A DNA stretch of 64,000 nt from Octopus bimaculoides (lineage: Eukaryota). Position numbers and translations under genes: made by a program. Below the pieces are notes generated by a model. It worked only from the letters and a program-made list of their open reading frames with translations, was not told the origin of the DNA and ran no database searches. This document shows positions 9,648-23,049 of this stretch, piece by piece. Each line of letters opens with the position of its first letter. The first letter of the stretch is position 1. The stretch covers positions 22,436,599 through 22,500,598 of the forward strand of contig NC_069007.1 of assembly GCF_001194135.2 (NCBI RefSeq), given 5' to 3'.

Positions 9648-12600
9648 TGTATGTATAACTAGAGATTGCCCCCCCTCCCTCAAACTTCGTTGCCTCATAA
9701 CTTTCTGAAAAATGCATGTTTTTCTTTTTTTTTTTAAATAAATTTTGCTGAGATTAGATTTCGCGGGTCTAGATAGCAATTATGTTGATAAAATTCAGTA
9801 AAAAAAGAGAATTTGGTGTTGAGTTTCGAATCCGTTCTATCCACCCCACCCTTTCAGCCAACCCTACTTTCTTTTTTTTTACCACCAATTTGCGTAACTT
9901 TAAGCAATTTTCGCATTTAATTTTTGCCGATTTACATTTGAAACCTCCGCCTTACGTGGTTTACATTCTAGAAAACATATTTTTGCAAAATGTCATTTAA
10001 AATTATGAGTTGTGGGAAAGAGAATAATCCGAAACTCCTTATGAAAAGAGAGAGAGAGAGAGAGAGAGAGAGGGGTGGTGGTGTAATAACTGCGGGAATA
10101 TAAAGGAAATTATATCGGTGAACACATAGTCACATACAGAGACATGTATGCATTCATATATATTTACGAATAATTATGTAATGATATTGCAATGAATTTT
10201 ACAATTTCTTTTAAATGATCGTTTTATCAGATTTTTGGGGACTATATATATTTATATACATTCATGTATACATACATGCATCAGGCGGGTTTTATGTCCG
10301 TTCGGTGAGAGTTTATATCTCTCAATTACATTTAAAATCTACGCTTAAGCATCTAAGATTTAGTAGTAGTAATAATAATGGTTTAATTTAATAAAAATAT
10401 TCTTAGCAGTTGGGTGAGTTTTGAAGGGTGGAGGCATGGAAAAAAGGAAAGTGTGGCGTTCGTGCCCTTCTCAAGAGCATCAGCAGCGAAGATGGGGAAT
10501 AAAAGTGCTGGTTGAACACAGGGCGACAAATTCGAATTTTTAAAGGGCTGAAAGGTCTGTTCACGTCACCTCCCTTTTAATAACTGTAGCTCCATTATTG
10601 ATGTTATATCTCTCTATACGTGCGTGTGAGTGCATATTTGCGTGTGCGTGTATATATATATATATATAATACTTTTATAAGATGAGTTGTGTGATAGTGA
10701 CTTCGAAGTTCGCTTGCTAGTCTTCATCGGACTGTGGGAACTTCGAAGTCACTGTAACCACTGTGCAAAATGTATTGAGTAATCCTTCAGTTTAATATAA
10801 AATTGCTTTATTATAAACTCGACGTAAAAACAAACATATATATATATAGATATACATACATGTATGTAGATGTTTTAATATATACGGCATCGAAAAAACA
10901 TCCGTTATATACCTATATACATATCCTCGCAGTGGAAATCATATAGGTACATGTATGTACATATAATCGCATATGCCCATGAATCACAGGCACTGAATGC
11001 GATCTTTGGTTTTGCTTGTACCACAAAAATACCTGTTAATACCCGTCTCAGCTCTTCATTTTACCAGAGACACTGTCTTCTGAGATTAAAACATTCTGTT
11101 CTCTTGTTTTAGTCAATTTGTTATGTCAAAATACGATGACATTGCAAATGAGACGAGTCGAGCGTCTTAAACTGATCAATATAGTGTCACGACCTTCTAC
11201 ATGTAGCAGCCAAATCACATTCTGTCATCTTTAAAGCGGAAGGACACCATTACACAAATGGGTGTGAAATATACTAGACAATGCTCATTGCCATATACTA
11301 TAATAAAGTTTACAAAACGATGGTCTGATCAAGGCTGGAACATATTTGATTGTAAGTCTCCCCCATTTATTGTTGACCTGGAGCTGAACAATAACCAAAA
11401 TGGATTTATTACAATTCTTTTAGATTTTTGATCAAAGGCTTCTCCAGATGTGGCCATCCCACATTTCTTTTATATATATATATATATATATATCAAGAGC
11501 TCTACCGTCCAATATCTTCTTTTAAGACTACGGCTGTGTAATTTGTGACGACATTGTGTGTGTGTGTGTGTGTGTTTACGGTCGTATCACGTTAAAAAAA
11601 ACACCGGTTCTCGTCCGGTTGTCGAAGTTAAGCAACGTCGAGCGTAGTTAAATACTTAAATGGGTGGACCGCTCGGGTAACCTTTGAACTGCTTAGCAAA
11701 ACTTTTTTAGGTGCAGGCATGGCTGTGTGGTTAAGATCACTTTGTAACCACGTAGGTTCGGGGGTTCAGTTTCACTGCGCAGCACCTTAGGCAAGTGTCT
11801 CCAGTGATAACCGCAGGTCCGACCAATGCCTTATGAGGGAATTTGGTTTGGTAGACAGAAACTGTGTGGAAGCCCGTGATATATGTGTTTGTGTTTTTCA
11901 CCTCCCACCCAACCCCGCTTGACAACCAGTGTTGATTTGTTTACGTCCTTGTAACTTAGCGGCTCGGCAAAAGTAACCGATAGAGTAAGTGTCAAACTTC
12001 AAAGATAAGAACTGGGGGCGATTGGTGTTGCTAAATCTTTCGGTACTACTTAAATGCAGAGATCCCTAAAAACTAACTCTAACCCTACGGGACCTCTGTA
12101 TTTAAGTAGTGCCAATCTTTCAAGGCAGTCCAATGACCCCCCCCCCACACACACACACAACTCACAAGTCTGTGCTTACAGCCTCATTTGATTGTTGTTT
12201 ACCCCAGTTCCCCTTGTGTTCAAGCGAGTGAGGGTACAATGCTCCCAACATGAATGAGACCCCCCAGTTGGTGTCAGGGTTGACCTCCAGCTGTTGCTCT
12301 TATTCAATTGCAGCTGTGAAGCTTTTGCATAAAAACACATTGCACCTTCCAGTCTGAGAATCACAACTAATCCATTGCCTGTTCATGTGTTTTGTCAACC
12401 TCATGGTCTCGGATTTAGTTCCACTGTGTGGTACCTTGGGCAAGTGACTTCTCTTGTAGTCCCAGGTCAACCAAGGCATTGTAAATGGATTCAGTAGATG
12501 GAAACTGAAAGAAGCCCATTGTGTATATCTTTTATTTGTTTCAGTCTTCAGACTACGGCTGTGTTGGGGCACCACCTTCAAAAATTTTTAGTTGAATGAA

Positions 12601-15600
12601 TCAACTCCAGTATTTATTTTTTTTGTTTGAGCCTGGTACTTATTGTATCAGTTTCTTTCTCTGAACCATTAAGTTACTGGGATGTAAACACACCAACAGT
12701 GGTTGTCAAGCAGTTGTAGGAGACATAAGTATTGTGGGTCTACCCTTTTCATAAACACATTCTTGGTGTCTGTTGGCCACCCTGCGACACCTGGTAATAC
12801 ACAGGTCTAGGTTGGTGTTGATTTCCTGGCAGGTGGCCTCTGTAGCGAACCCACACAGTTGAGCAAAGTGTAAGGTTTTCTTCGGAATACCTTCTCTTTC
12901 TCAACACGCCTAGAAAAAGAAGTTCATGTGTGTGACATCTGGGGAATGAGGAGACCAATCAATGCTACCACATTGCATTGAGGAAATTGCACGTGTGACT
13001 TACATAATGAGGTGGTGCCCCATCTTTTTGGAATGAAATGTCACCATTGAGGGCACCACCTCCTTGCACAGCATGTCAAGGTAGTTGTTATCATTAACTG
13101 TCTTCTCTGAAAAAAGAAGGTCCAAAGACATTTGAGTATGCCAGACCAAGCTCCACAATGACATCTGGCTGATTCATCTCTGTTGCTGATGTCAAGTGGA
13201 ACTTTTCTTAAACACAGTTTATGCTTGTTGACATGATCCGACAACTTGAAGCAGGCCTCATCGGACTGAACAATCTTGACAAGGAGTTGTGGGCTTTCGT
13301 GAATTTTATTCAGCATGATTTCTGCAAACTGCATCTGATGAGCCAGGCTATTCGCTGTTCGGTGTTGTGGGAGTTTGAGTCAGAATGACTTCAAGTTCAG
13401 TTTCTTTTTCTTCAGAGACCACTGGAAGACCAGCAGTCACCCATGACTACCAGCCTCCCTTCTCCATTGCCACTGATGTGATCCAAGGGAAAGGCAAAGG
13501 GGCCGATACAGTTTGGCACCAGTGATGTTGCGACTTATTTCTACAAAGTGTTGGATCACAAATCTGAGTTGATATCGAGAAAGTTAACACTATTAAGGTT
13601 CATGTCAACTGTAATTTTTAAGCCCATCTGTTGGAAGAATACAATAAGATTCTTGCTAAGGCCATCAAGTTCATGCCCTTTTATGTTATTGAAAAATTCA
13701 GTAGGTGTTGTTCTGTTTTCTCCTTGTAGAGATCACTTGAACTTAGAAAAGGAGTGACACACCATACATGTACACATAGGTGCAAAATGAAGTGGGAAAA
13801 AAGAGTACTTGAATACCAAAAGTGGAGTAAAATACTGTTTTATTAAAGCCAAAAATATATTTCACAAACTATTACTCAGAGTTTCACGTGACTGCTTATC
13901 AAACAGTTGTGATGATACAGACTGGTAAAGAAATTTTATAAATTGTGTGTATATGTAAACGTTTATGGTTACCAATTCAACAAATAAACATTTAAAGCTG
14001 ATTGGGCAACTCTTTAAAAACAATAATAGTGTACATTGGGATGCAAGTGGGGGTCGACTGTGACAGAAATATATACAAACAATAGTTGAATTGAAAAACT
14101 TTGTATAAAAAATATTCTAGTAAAAGAGTAAACAAAGTAAAATAATCTGTGTCAAGAATAAGAAATAGCAAGAAATAAAAAACAAAAGCATAACAGAATT
14201 GGGACAAAAATAAAAATTGAAGATTAAAAACTACAACTGATAACACTGAGGAAATACGTTTAGCCATTCTAACCACAATTTTGAGAATAGATTGGATGTT
14301 TTGTTGATATAGAATAGCTTTTCATTAGGCTTGCGATTTGGCTTAAAAGTGTTAGATCACAAAAGTTAACACTTTTCCTGGTGGGCCTTTGTTATGCTGC
14401 TGTTGTTTGCCTTCGGCACACTGGTGTCAGGAGTGCTGATGTCTCTTTTGTTGCGTTCCTCTCTTCCAGCATCACTCTGGTTCTTCTCAGTTTCCATTGA
14501 AGTAGTTTGGAGTGTGTGTCACTGGCCTTTTTTTCTTTTTCTTTTTTTTGTGCCTTTTTCTGTTTCATCCTCCTTGAAAATACTGTTTTAGTAACTCAAT
14601 GTGCAGTTTAATCAGAGCCTACCAATTCATTCTTTTCCCTTTCTATTTGAGCCATGGTTTGGTGAAAACCAAAGCACTTCAGAGTCTCTGTGATTAGATT
14701 GTTTGGTGGTGATTCTTCTGCTAAATCCCATGCAAGGAGCATAGTTTTTATTTCCTCAAACTACCAGTTTCTTTGGATTTTAAAAGCAATACTATTTTTG
14801 GTGTAGTTGGTTTTGCTGAGACGTGGAGGGTGGAGGGTGGGAAGAAGTAGACATATACAGAGAGAGAGGGGTGTAAAAGTAGTCAAGAAAAGCAAAGTGA
14901 TGTAAATGGAGATGAAGTGACAGAGAGAAAAAACATGTGATAGAGGAATGTAGAGATAGTCAGAGAGAGAGAGAGATGGAAATGGAAATGCAAAGACAGG
15001 TGGGGATAAGAGAAACTGATAAATTCATGCAGAGAGAGATGAAGAGGTATAAATAAAAAGATAGAGAAGAAAAGATGGGAAAAAATGTAAGTTAGAGAAA
15101 TATATCAATGTAAATAGCAATGGAGACACAGCTCAAAGACATCAAGAAAAATTCAGTCTGACACCAAGCACATGTTAATAAAAGTATTTAGGAAGAAAGG
15201 CAGGAAAAAAGTGAATAATAAACCTTTCTTTCTCTTACCTTCAAATTGGTTAGATTAAAACAAAGCAAATTTCTCCATGCTTTGCCATGTACTTACCTAA
15301 ATGTAAGATGTAAAATACATAATTCATTATTGAAAAATAGGAACAGATCTCACATTCCAAAATTTCTTGTATTATTTTAGCAATCTACAAAATTGCATAC
15401 AAAAGTTATGTTTGTACAAGTTAAAATCTCATCACCATATTTCCAGAGAGAAAAACAGCATTCATATGTAGAGATCTAGTTATATTCAAGCAACGGGTCA
15501 AGTTGACCTTGATCTTTTGACGTCAGAAAATTCCTTAGAACTGTATAATGGTTGATTGAACTAAAAATAATTTTTTAGTTATGGCATATTGGCAGTAATA

Positions 15601-17725
15601 GGTTTCAGCAAGAGACCAATTAGATTTCAATTCAATCTAATCCTAACCCTAACCTGTGGAAGATGTAGGACAAAGTGGTGAAGATTGACCTAAAGATGTG
15701 GAGCCTGTCAGATGGGGGACTGAGATGATTGATGTTATGCTGCACTTGACTGTTTAGTTCAGCAGAATCAAGGTTTTGCCAAGCCCCCCCCCCCCAACTC
15801 CTTTTCCAATACCCACTCTTCCATCAGTCTTCTTTGTTACTCCATTTCCTTCATCTTCCCCTCTACGTCCAACTCATTCCCTATCTCTAATCATCTGTCA
15901 CACTGTTTTTACCCACTGCACTTACCTGCACATCCATATTTTCTGCTTTTCTATCCCATTCTATCTAAACCTCTCACTCTCTCTCTCTCTCACATTCCAG
16001 ATGGGCTTGCCATATATTCAGCTCTTCAGCATGACCCCTGCTCCTATTCCCCTATTCCTTCAGTCTGTAACCCCCATTTGAGGGCTCTTGTCTCGTGGAT
16101 ACTTGGTAACCTCACTGATGCCGGTGCTCTGTTACGTGCTTGGCATTAGGAAGGGCATCCAGCCGTAGAAGCCATGCCAAAGCAGACATAGAATCTGACT
16201 GACCCCTCTGACCCCTCTGTTCTTATCGAACTGTCCAACCCATGCTGGCTTGGAAAAAAGGGCATTAAATGATAATTATAGTTATCAGGAGGTGCAGGAG
16301 TGGCTAAGAAGCTTACTTCCTAACCACATGGTCCTGGGTTCAGTTCCACTGCATAGCACCTTGGGCAAGTGTCTTCTACTATAGCCTTGGGCCAACCAAA
16401 GCCTTGTGATTGGATTTGGTAGATGGAAACTGAAAGAAGCCCATCATATATACATACGTATATAAGCAAGTGAAAGATGTAACATTACTTGATATTACTG
16501 ACAATAACAAATGTATATTCACAAGGTATTTTGTTCAGTGCTCTACCTGCTCAGCCATCACCATTCATATACTTATTTCTGGTTGTCCGACTCCTGCATA
16601 CATAGAAAAGTGGACATTGAAACAACGATGCAACAATTTAAGTCTTGCAAGTTGCATGGCAACCTTACTACTGCTGGTGACCTGAAAAAAGCACCCTGTA
16701 CAGGCTGTTAAGTGGTTGGCATTAGGAAGAGCATTCAGCTGTAGAAACAATGCCAAAGCAGACATTGGAGCACAATGCTGTCTTAGGGGCATTCAGTTCC
16801 TGTAAAACTCTCCAACCCATGCCAGCATGGAACATGGACATTAAATGTGGATGATGATTAAATATGTCCATGTATGAATGTCCAGAGCAACATAACAGAA
16901 TAATAAAAAAAGCAAAGATTTCACTGATGTTTTAGAATTTCATTATAGATTCTACAGCTATTTTCATGGTGAAGCACTATCGTTAATATGACTGCTTAAT
17001 ATATAAAAAATACATAATTAGTTTCAATTTTGTGGATAGAACCATTTCATCAGGAAATCAAATCGAAATATCTGCTGCATCCAGTGGATGCTGTAAAATG
17101 GTTGAGGATCAAGTTGAAGAAACCATGCTAAAGGGGACACTGGAACAGAAAGCTGTTTTTGGACCCAATGGATCTTGTTGAACTGTTTATCCCTACTTGA
17201 GGACTTAGGTGATTCTCCCTTCAAGGTCATTCCATTTGTGACCTTATGCAAATGGAAGGTCACAGTGGAATACTTTGTTTAATTATTTAACACATAATCA
17301 GGGTTAGTTAACTACTTTTTTCTTTTTCTCTACTTTTAACAAGAAAGTTCTATCATTGGAATAAAAATTGTTGAAATTGAGAAAAAATATTATAAAAAAA
17401 AAAAGCAAAAACTCTTTTAGGGATTTATTAATTTTTTCATTTCTTCACTGATTCATAAAAATTCATTTAGATTCTCTCTCTGTTCCTCTCTTTCTGTTCA
17501 TATCTCTGTCTACCCTGCCATTTCTCCTCCCCCACTGTTGTACTACAATTAGTCCATTGTACCGAGATAGCTGGGTTACTGTTCATGTCTCTAATGCATT
17601 ATTATTATTTAGCTAAGCTGACTTTTTAGCTAGCTGGCTAGTTTAATTGTACCTTTCGGTAAAATTATCCTCTGTTGCGTTTTTGTCTTTGTTGTTGACA
17701 ATTGCTCTCTAACCATTGTCACATG

Positions 17726-17775
<50 letters not shown>

Positions 17776-20700
17776 CCACCACAGCCTGTCCCAACTGACC
17801 AAGTCTAACAAAAGCACTTTAGTAGACTACCATTGTGTTGAGTGTGATAGGTCCTTGCTAAGTTCTGCACTTAGTTTCTGTAAAAGACAGCTTGGAGGGT
17901 GGTGCCAGAAATAATGTCCAGACTACGACCACTGTGGCAGCAATAGTAATTTAATGTGGTGTGACTTTTTGTTTTCTGTTAATTACTCTGCTAATCTGCT
18001 AATCTATTCTTCATTAGTCAGTGCTCTCATAAACCAGACAGGACTCTAAGCAAAAAGGACTCCTATTTCTGTTATATCTTGTGGATGCTTTACTACATTA
18101 TTGTCTTTTGTTAGAATTGTTTTCTTCCTAGAAGATGGTGTATTATAATTTCACAGGCAAGTAAGTGGCCCATTGTTTTAAATTGTATTTTTATATTAGC
18201 ATAAACATATATGGTCTTATAAATCTTGCTTAAGTTCCAGAAATATATATATATATATATACATATATATANNNNNNNNNNNNNNNNNNNNNNNNNNNNN
18301 NNNNNNNNNNATATATATGTAAAGTAATCAGCAGTTTTTAGTATGATTTATGCTATACTTTGCTTAGGTTCTTCATTGGCACTTTTCCATAAGACTGGTT
18401 TTGTTCTCTCAAGAATAACCAAAATCTAACTGTATGTGTTGGGGTGTATAATGTATAATAGTCCATGTGTATTCAAAATTTTGAAGACATAACAGTATTC
18501 CTGTGTCAGAAGATACAAATAAAAGGGTTGCACAAAGATGAGCAGATGGCCATAAACCACACCCTCAAAAATATGTGTATTTCTGTGTGTGTATATGTAA
18601 GCTCGTTAAAAAAATATACACCAGCTACAGAAGTAGTATGAATACCAAGAGGTAATATTTATGCCCACTTTGATGAACGTGGATGTTCTGTTAGAGCAAA
18701 CTATACTTCCTCACATGGTGTCTTGTTCAATATAGTTTGTTCTAACAGAACATCCATGTTTAACCTGGTAGCATTCAGATTTTTCTGTCAAATGTAAGGC
18801 TTATGTATTCACACCATTTTAAATTAATCATGCATTATTTCACGGCTTCCAACTCCTATTTACCACTGATTACTCTTATCCCTGTTTATTCATTCACAGC
18901 ACTCACCTCCAATCACTCCCATTTTCCCCTCCATTGCTGATTCTCTCATCGCCCTGCTCATCTCTTCACCTTCTATATGACACCTTGAGAACATGTCCTG
19001 GTACCTTGTCACCACCTCATTTATTTCTCTTTGTCGTATCATTCCACCTACTTAAAACCCATGTAAAATGTACAGTTATTTGTTTCCTGCTCTCCATGCA
19101 AACATGTCCCGGCTACTTGTTCAATAGACTGAGACTTTATTACCTCATTTGGAAACAAGTCATGGTTTGCAATTTTAACAGATTTCCACTGGGCCAGTTA
19201 TTGGGTTCATTGGTGCATATATCCATTTCCAGTATACATTAGTAATACATACACAAATACATGGATGGCAGCAACACAACAGAAATTGCTAAATTTTACT
19301 GACAAGATACAGGTCAGCCTTGGGCTGACCTGTGCCAAGGCTGAAAATTGGTACATGCTGTAGGGATTGTACAATGGGAGCAATCCCATAACCACAAGTT
19401 TCTGGCCTTGTGTCTATGTTAGAAATTATGCAGTTTCTATTGTGTTGATGCCATAAATGTTACTGAGCTCACCCAGTTCTGGATCTTGGCAGGATTTGAA
19501 GGAAGAATGCGACCAATTTGTGAATTGGCTGAAAGTTTTTGGAGCATCAGATGAAATGCCTTATTGCATTTGTTCTGATACCATTGTGTTCTAAGTTCAA
19601 ATCCTACCATGGCCTTCTTAGGTGGCAGACTTAATCACTCCATTCGTTTAACACCATCACCTGTTACTTGAGATCCTGTTGCAGAGTCCATTCTGCTACA
19701 AGTATTTATGCAAGGTCTTTCGTTTGGAGGTTTTCATGCAGAATGGACAAATCTGTTTAATTCTGCCTTGGATTTTGTGAACAACTTCAAATCCTCCATA
19801 AATAGCAGGTGATTGAGCTTTCCTTCACCACTTCTCAGATCATCATCATCATCATCATCATCATAGAGCACCAAGCTGTCAGAATAGTTAGCAGTGCCTC
19901 ATCTGTCTTTATGGATTCTGTTCAGATTCTGCTGAGGTTGACTTTGCCTTTCTGCTAAAATAAGTACCAGTTGAGCACTGAGGCTGATGTAATTGGCTTA
20001 CCCCAGCTCCCGAAATTGTTGGCCTTGTGCCAAAATCTGAAACCATTATTATTGTTATTGTTATTATTATGGATGTTGGGAAGTCAGGCTTGAGGACACT
20101 GAGGGTTCAATCTTAGAGGCCTCATAAAGAGTCGAGAGCATACCCTTCCCCCTTGATTAACAATATTTTGATCTAACATCCCTTGTGTCTAGATTTAAAT
20201 TTTTACTTTTGTTTGTCATTACAGTGCTGAAGCAGCAGCTCGTAAAAAGAGCAAGAAGAAGAAACGTAAGCAAAAGGACATTGAAAGATCCAGCGGAGAT
20301 TCTGATAGCCAGGTGTTTGCTGATGAGAAAGAACATAGAATTCCACGGATTGAGGGCAAAAGTGATCAATCACAATCAGGAATTGAAGCTGATTCGGAAG
20401 GAACAGAGTCCAAAAATCAAGCCCCTCTTGACAAGGATGACAAAGCTGTTACAAAAGATGGTCAACCAGAGAATTCCAAGGTAGGTTGTTGTTGTTGTTG
20501 TTGTTTAGATCCTGCTCTGCACGAATCCAACAAATATGCTACTCTGTGACCATCTTGTTCCCCTGTTCTCCAGCAGTGCACATTGTGGACAAGCATGTAG
20601 CATAGCTGCATGGCTCAGTGGTTAAAATGTCGGGCCCACAATCATGAGGTAGCGAGTTTGATTCTCAGACTAGGCTGTGTGTTGTGTTCTTGAGCAAGAC

Positions 20701-20945
20701 ACTTTATTTCAAATCGTCTCCCATTCACTCAGCTGTAGAAATGAGCTGCAATGTCACTGGTGCCAAGCTGTATCGGTCCCTTTGCCTTTCCCTTGGATAA
20801 TATCTGTGGCATGGAGAGGGGAGGCTGGTATGCATGAGCGACTACTGGTCTTCCATAAACAACCTTGCTCGGACTTGTGCCTCAGAGGGTAACTTTCTAG
20901 GTGCAATCCCAGGGTCATTCATGACTGAAGGGGGTCTTTACACTT

Positions 20946-20984
<39 letters not shown>

Positions 20985-23014
20985 GGCACATAGTTCAGTG
21001 GTTAGAGCATCGGGCTCACAATCATGAGGTAGTGAATTTGATTCCCAGAGTAGGGAGTAGAGACTTCACATGACTGCAAGGAGTGGGGGGGGGGGTATGC
21101 ACTGACTGGTAAAACCTAGGCATATAGAGGGTGTGGGGGACAACAAGATAGCAATGATACAGTGAGCAGGGCAATGAGGACAGGACTGGGGAGCAAGAAA
21201 TAAACATAAGCATAGTGCATGGAAAGAGGAAGAGGAGAGATGCAGTTTGGTTTTTTGGGATAGGGTTTGGGAAAAGTTTTATTGTTGTTACATGTGGGCG
21301 GAACTCTCAGTGCTTCTAGAACTCAGTTTCACCAAAGTGAAGCATCCATGCATAAAAATCAAAAAATCTCAGTAAGTCTTGTTTGACTCTTGCTAGCCTG
21401 GGAAAAACAGACATTCATATGTCACAGCCACATACCGTATCCTTGGGACACTTATTCCATCTGACATGTGGCAGAAAATTTGAAACCAGGATCATATATA
21501 TATCATCATCATCATCATCATCATCATCGTTTAACGTCCGCTTTCCATGCTAGCATGGGTTGGATGATTTGACTGAGGACTGGTGAAACCGGATGGCAAC
21601 ACCAGGCTCCAATCTAATATATCATGTTATAAAAAAAGTGACAAGCTGGCAGAATCATTAGTACACTGAGCAAAGTGCTTTGTGGCATTTCGCCCGTCTT
21701 TATGTTATAAGTTCAAATTCTGCCAAGGTTGACTTTGCTGTTTATCCTTTCAGGGGTCAATAAAATAAGTACCAGTTGATTACTGAGGTCCATGTAATCA
21801 GCTTACTCCCTCGTCTGAATTTGCCATCCTTGTACCGAAATCTGAAACCATTATTATTATTGTTAAAATTTCTAAAACTTGAAGAATTTGGAAAGGGGCT
21901 TCTATTGAAATCAGAAACTTTTATATTTATTTGTTGTTGTTTATCCCCAGGTCAAGTCTGAACGAGCAAAGCTAACATCAAAGACACGTCAACGATGAAC
22001 GTTCCTTTTTTTATCTTGACTACATTATTCAATGTATCACTCCGTTTTTAAGACTTTAGAGCGTGATTTGAGGGAGCTTTTGCTGCTGTGTCTAGCAAGT
22101 TGAACAATGACCTAGAAGCGTCCTTATTGGCTCCTAAGTTGAGCTAGTTTCTGGAACACAAGTAAATGGTTTTTATGTAATAAAACTATAACTTTTGTTT
22201 CCACAGATCTTTCAATGTTGTTTATTGCAGTTAGACTTCATTTAACTTCTTTTGAACACTTTAAATATTTTAACAAGACAAGGACGTATCTGTGACCCCT
22301 TTTACAAGACCCTGAAAACTGATGGGAGGAAGTTGTGCTCAGACCAGTGACCTGGTCCAAATACTTACAACAAAGTGGACTCCTTTAAGGCACCTAAAGG
22401 CCAGGTGCTGGTGCTCGACCAGGCAGGCTTTCTACCCCACAAGAAGTGGGATGATCCTTCCAGCTGGCTTCCGCTTAGTTTCCAAATACCAAAGCTAATA
22501 TAGTAAACATCTACCTAGGCTGCTTTACAGTGGGTTTGACCCTGAACCATGCAGTTGTGAAACAAACTTCTTGACCACACAGATTTGTCTGGGGTTACTA
22601 CTGAAAGGGTCAGTTTAGCTCTGCTTGTTGTCCATTGTGCTAATGGACCAATTTTGTGCACCTTCCATCTTTAGTCTAACTTAATCATCTGTTAATCACG
22701 AGTCTCTGTTTCACTGGTTTTAAGCCCTAATTTCTCTACTATTGAAAGGAAGAAGGGTTCTCCTGTCTAAATTATTACATGACAAATCAATGTAATTAAC
22801 ATATTATTAGCAATTTCCTAATTAATTCATACTATTATAACAGATTTGCTCATCCTCATCCTCCTCTTTTCTCATCCTCATCATCATTCTCTGCTACCAC
22901 ATTATACATTACTAAATTACTCTCTCTTTCTTGCTCACTCTCTCTCTCTCTCTTTCTCTCAAATACCTCATTATATATTACTGTTATTACCCCACCTCAC
23001 TTATTTCTCTGCCC

Positions 23015-23049
<35 letters not shown>

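Noticed and set aside
10696-10753. Heat-shock element suggested by GAA/TTC motifs
   Set aside because: The spacing is TTCGAA or GAACTTC, not the nGAAnnTTCn arrangement required.
20185-20549. ORFs 20185-20484 and the poly-Cys tail in 20313-20549
   Set aside because: The first is an alternative frame of NMT exon 2; the Cys run is an intronic (GTT)n microsatellite after the donor.
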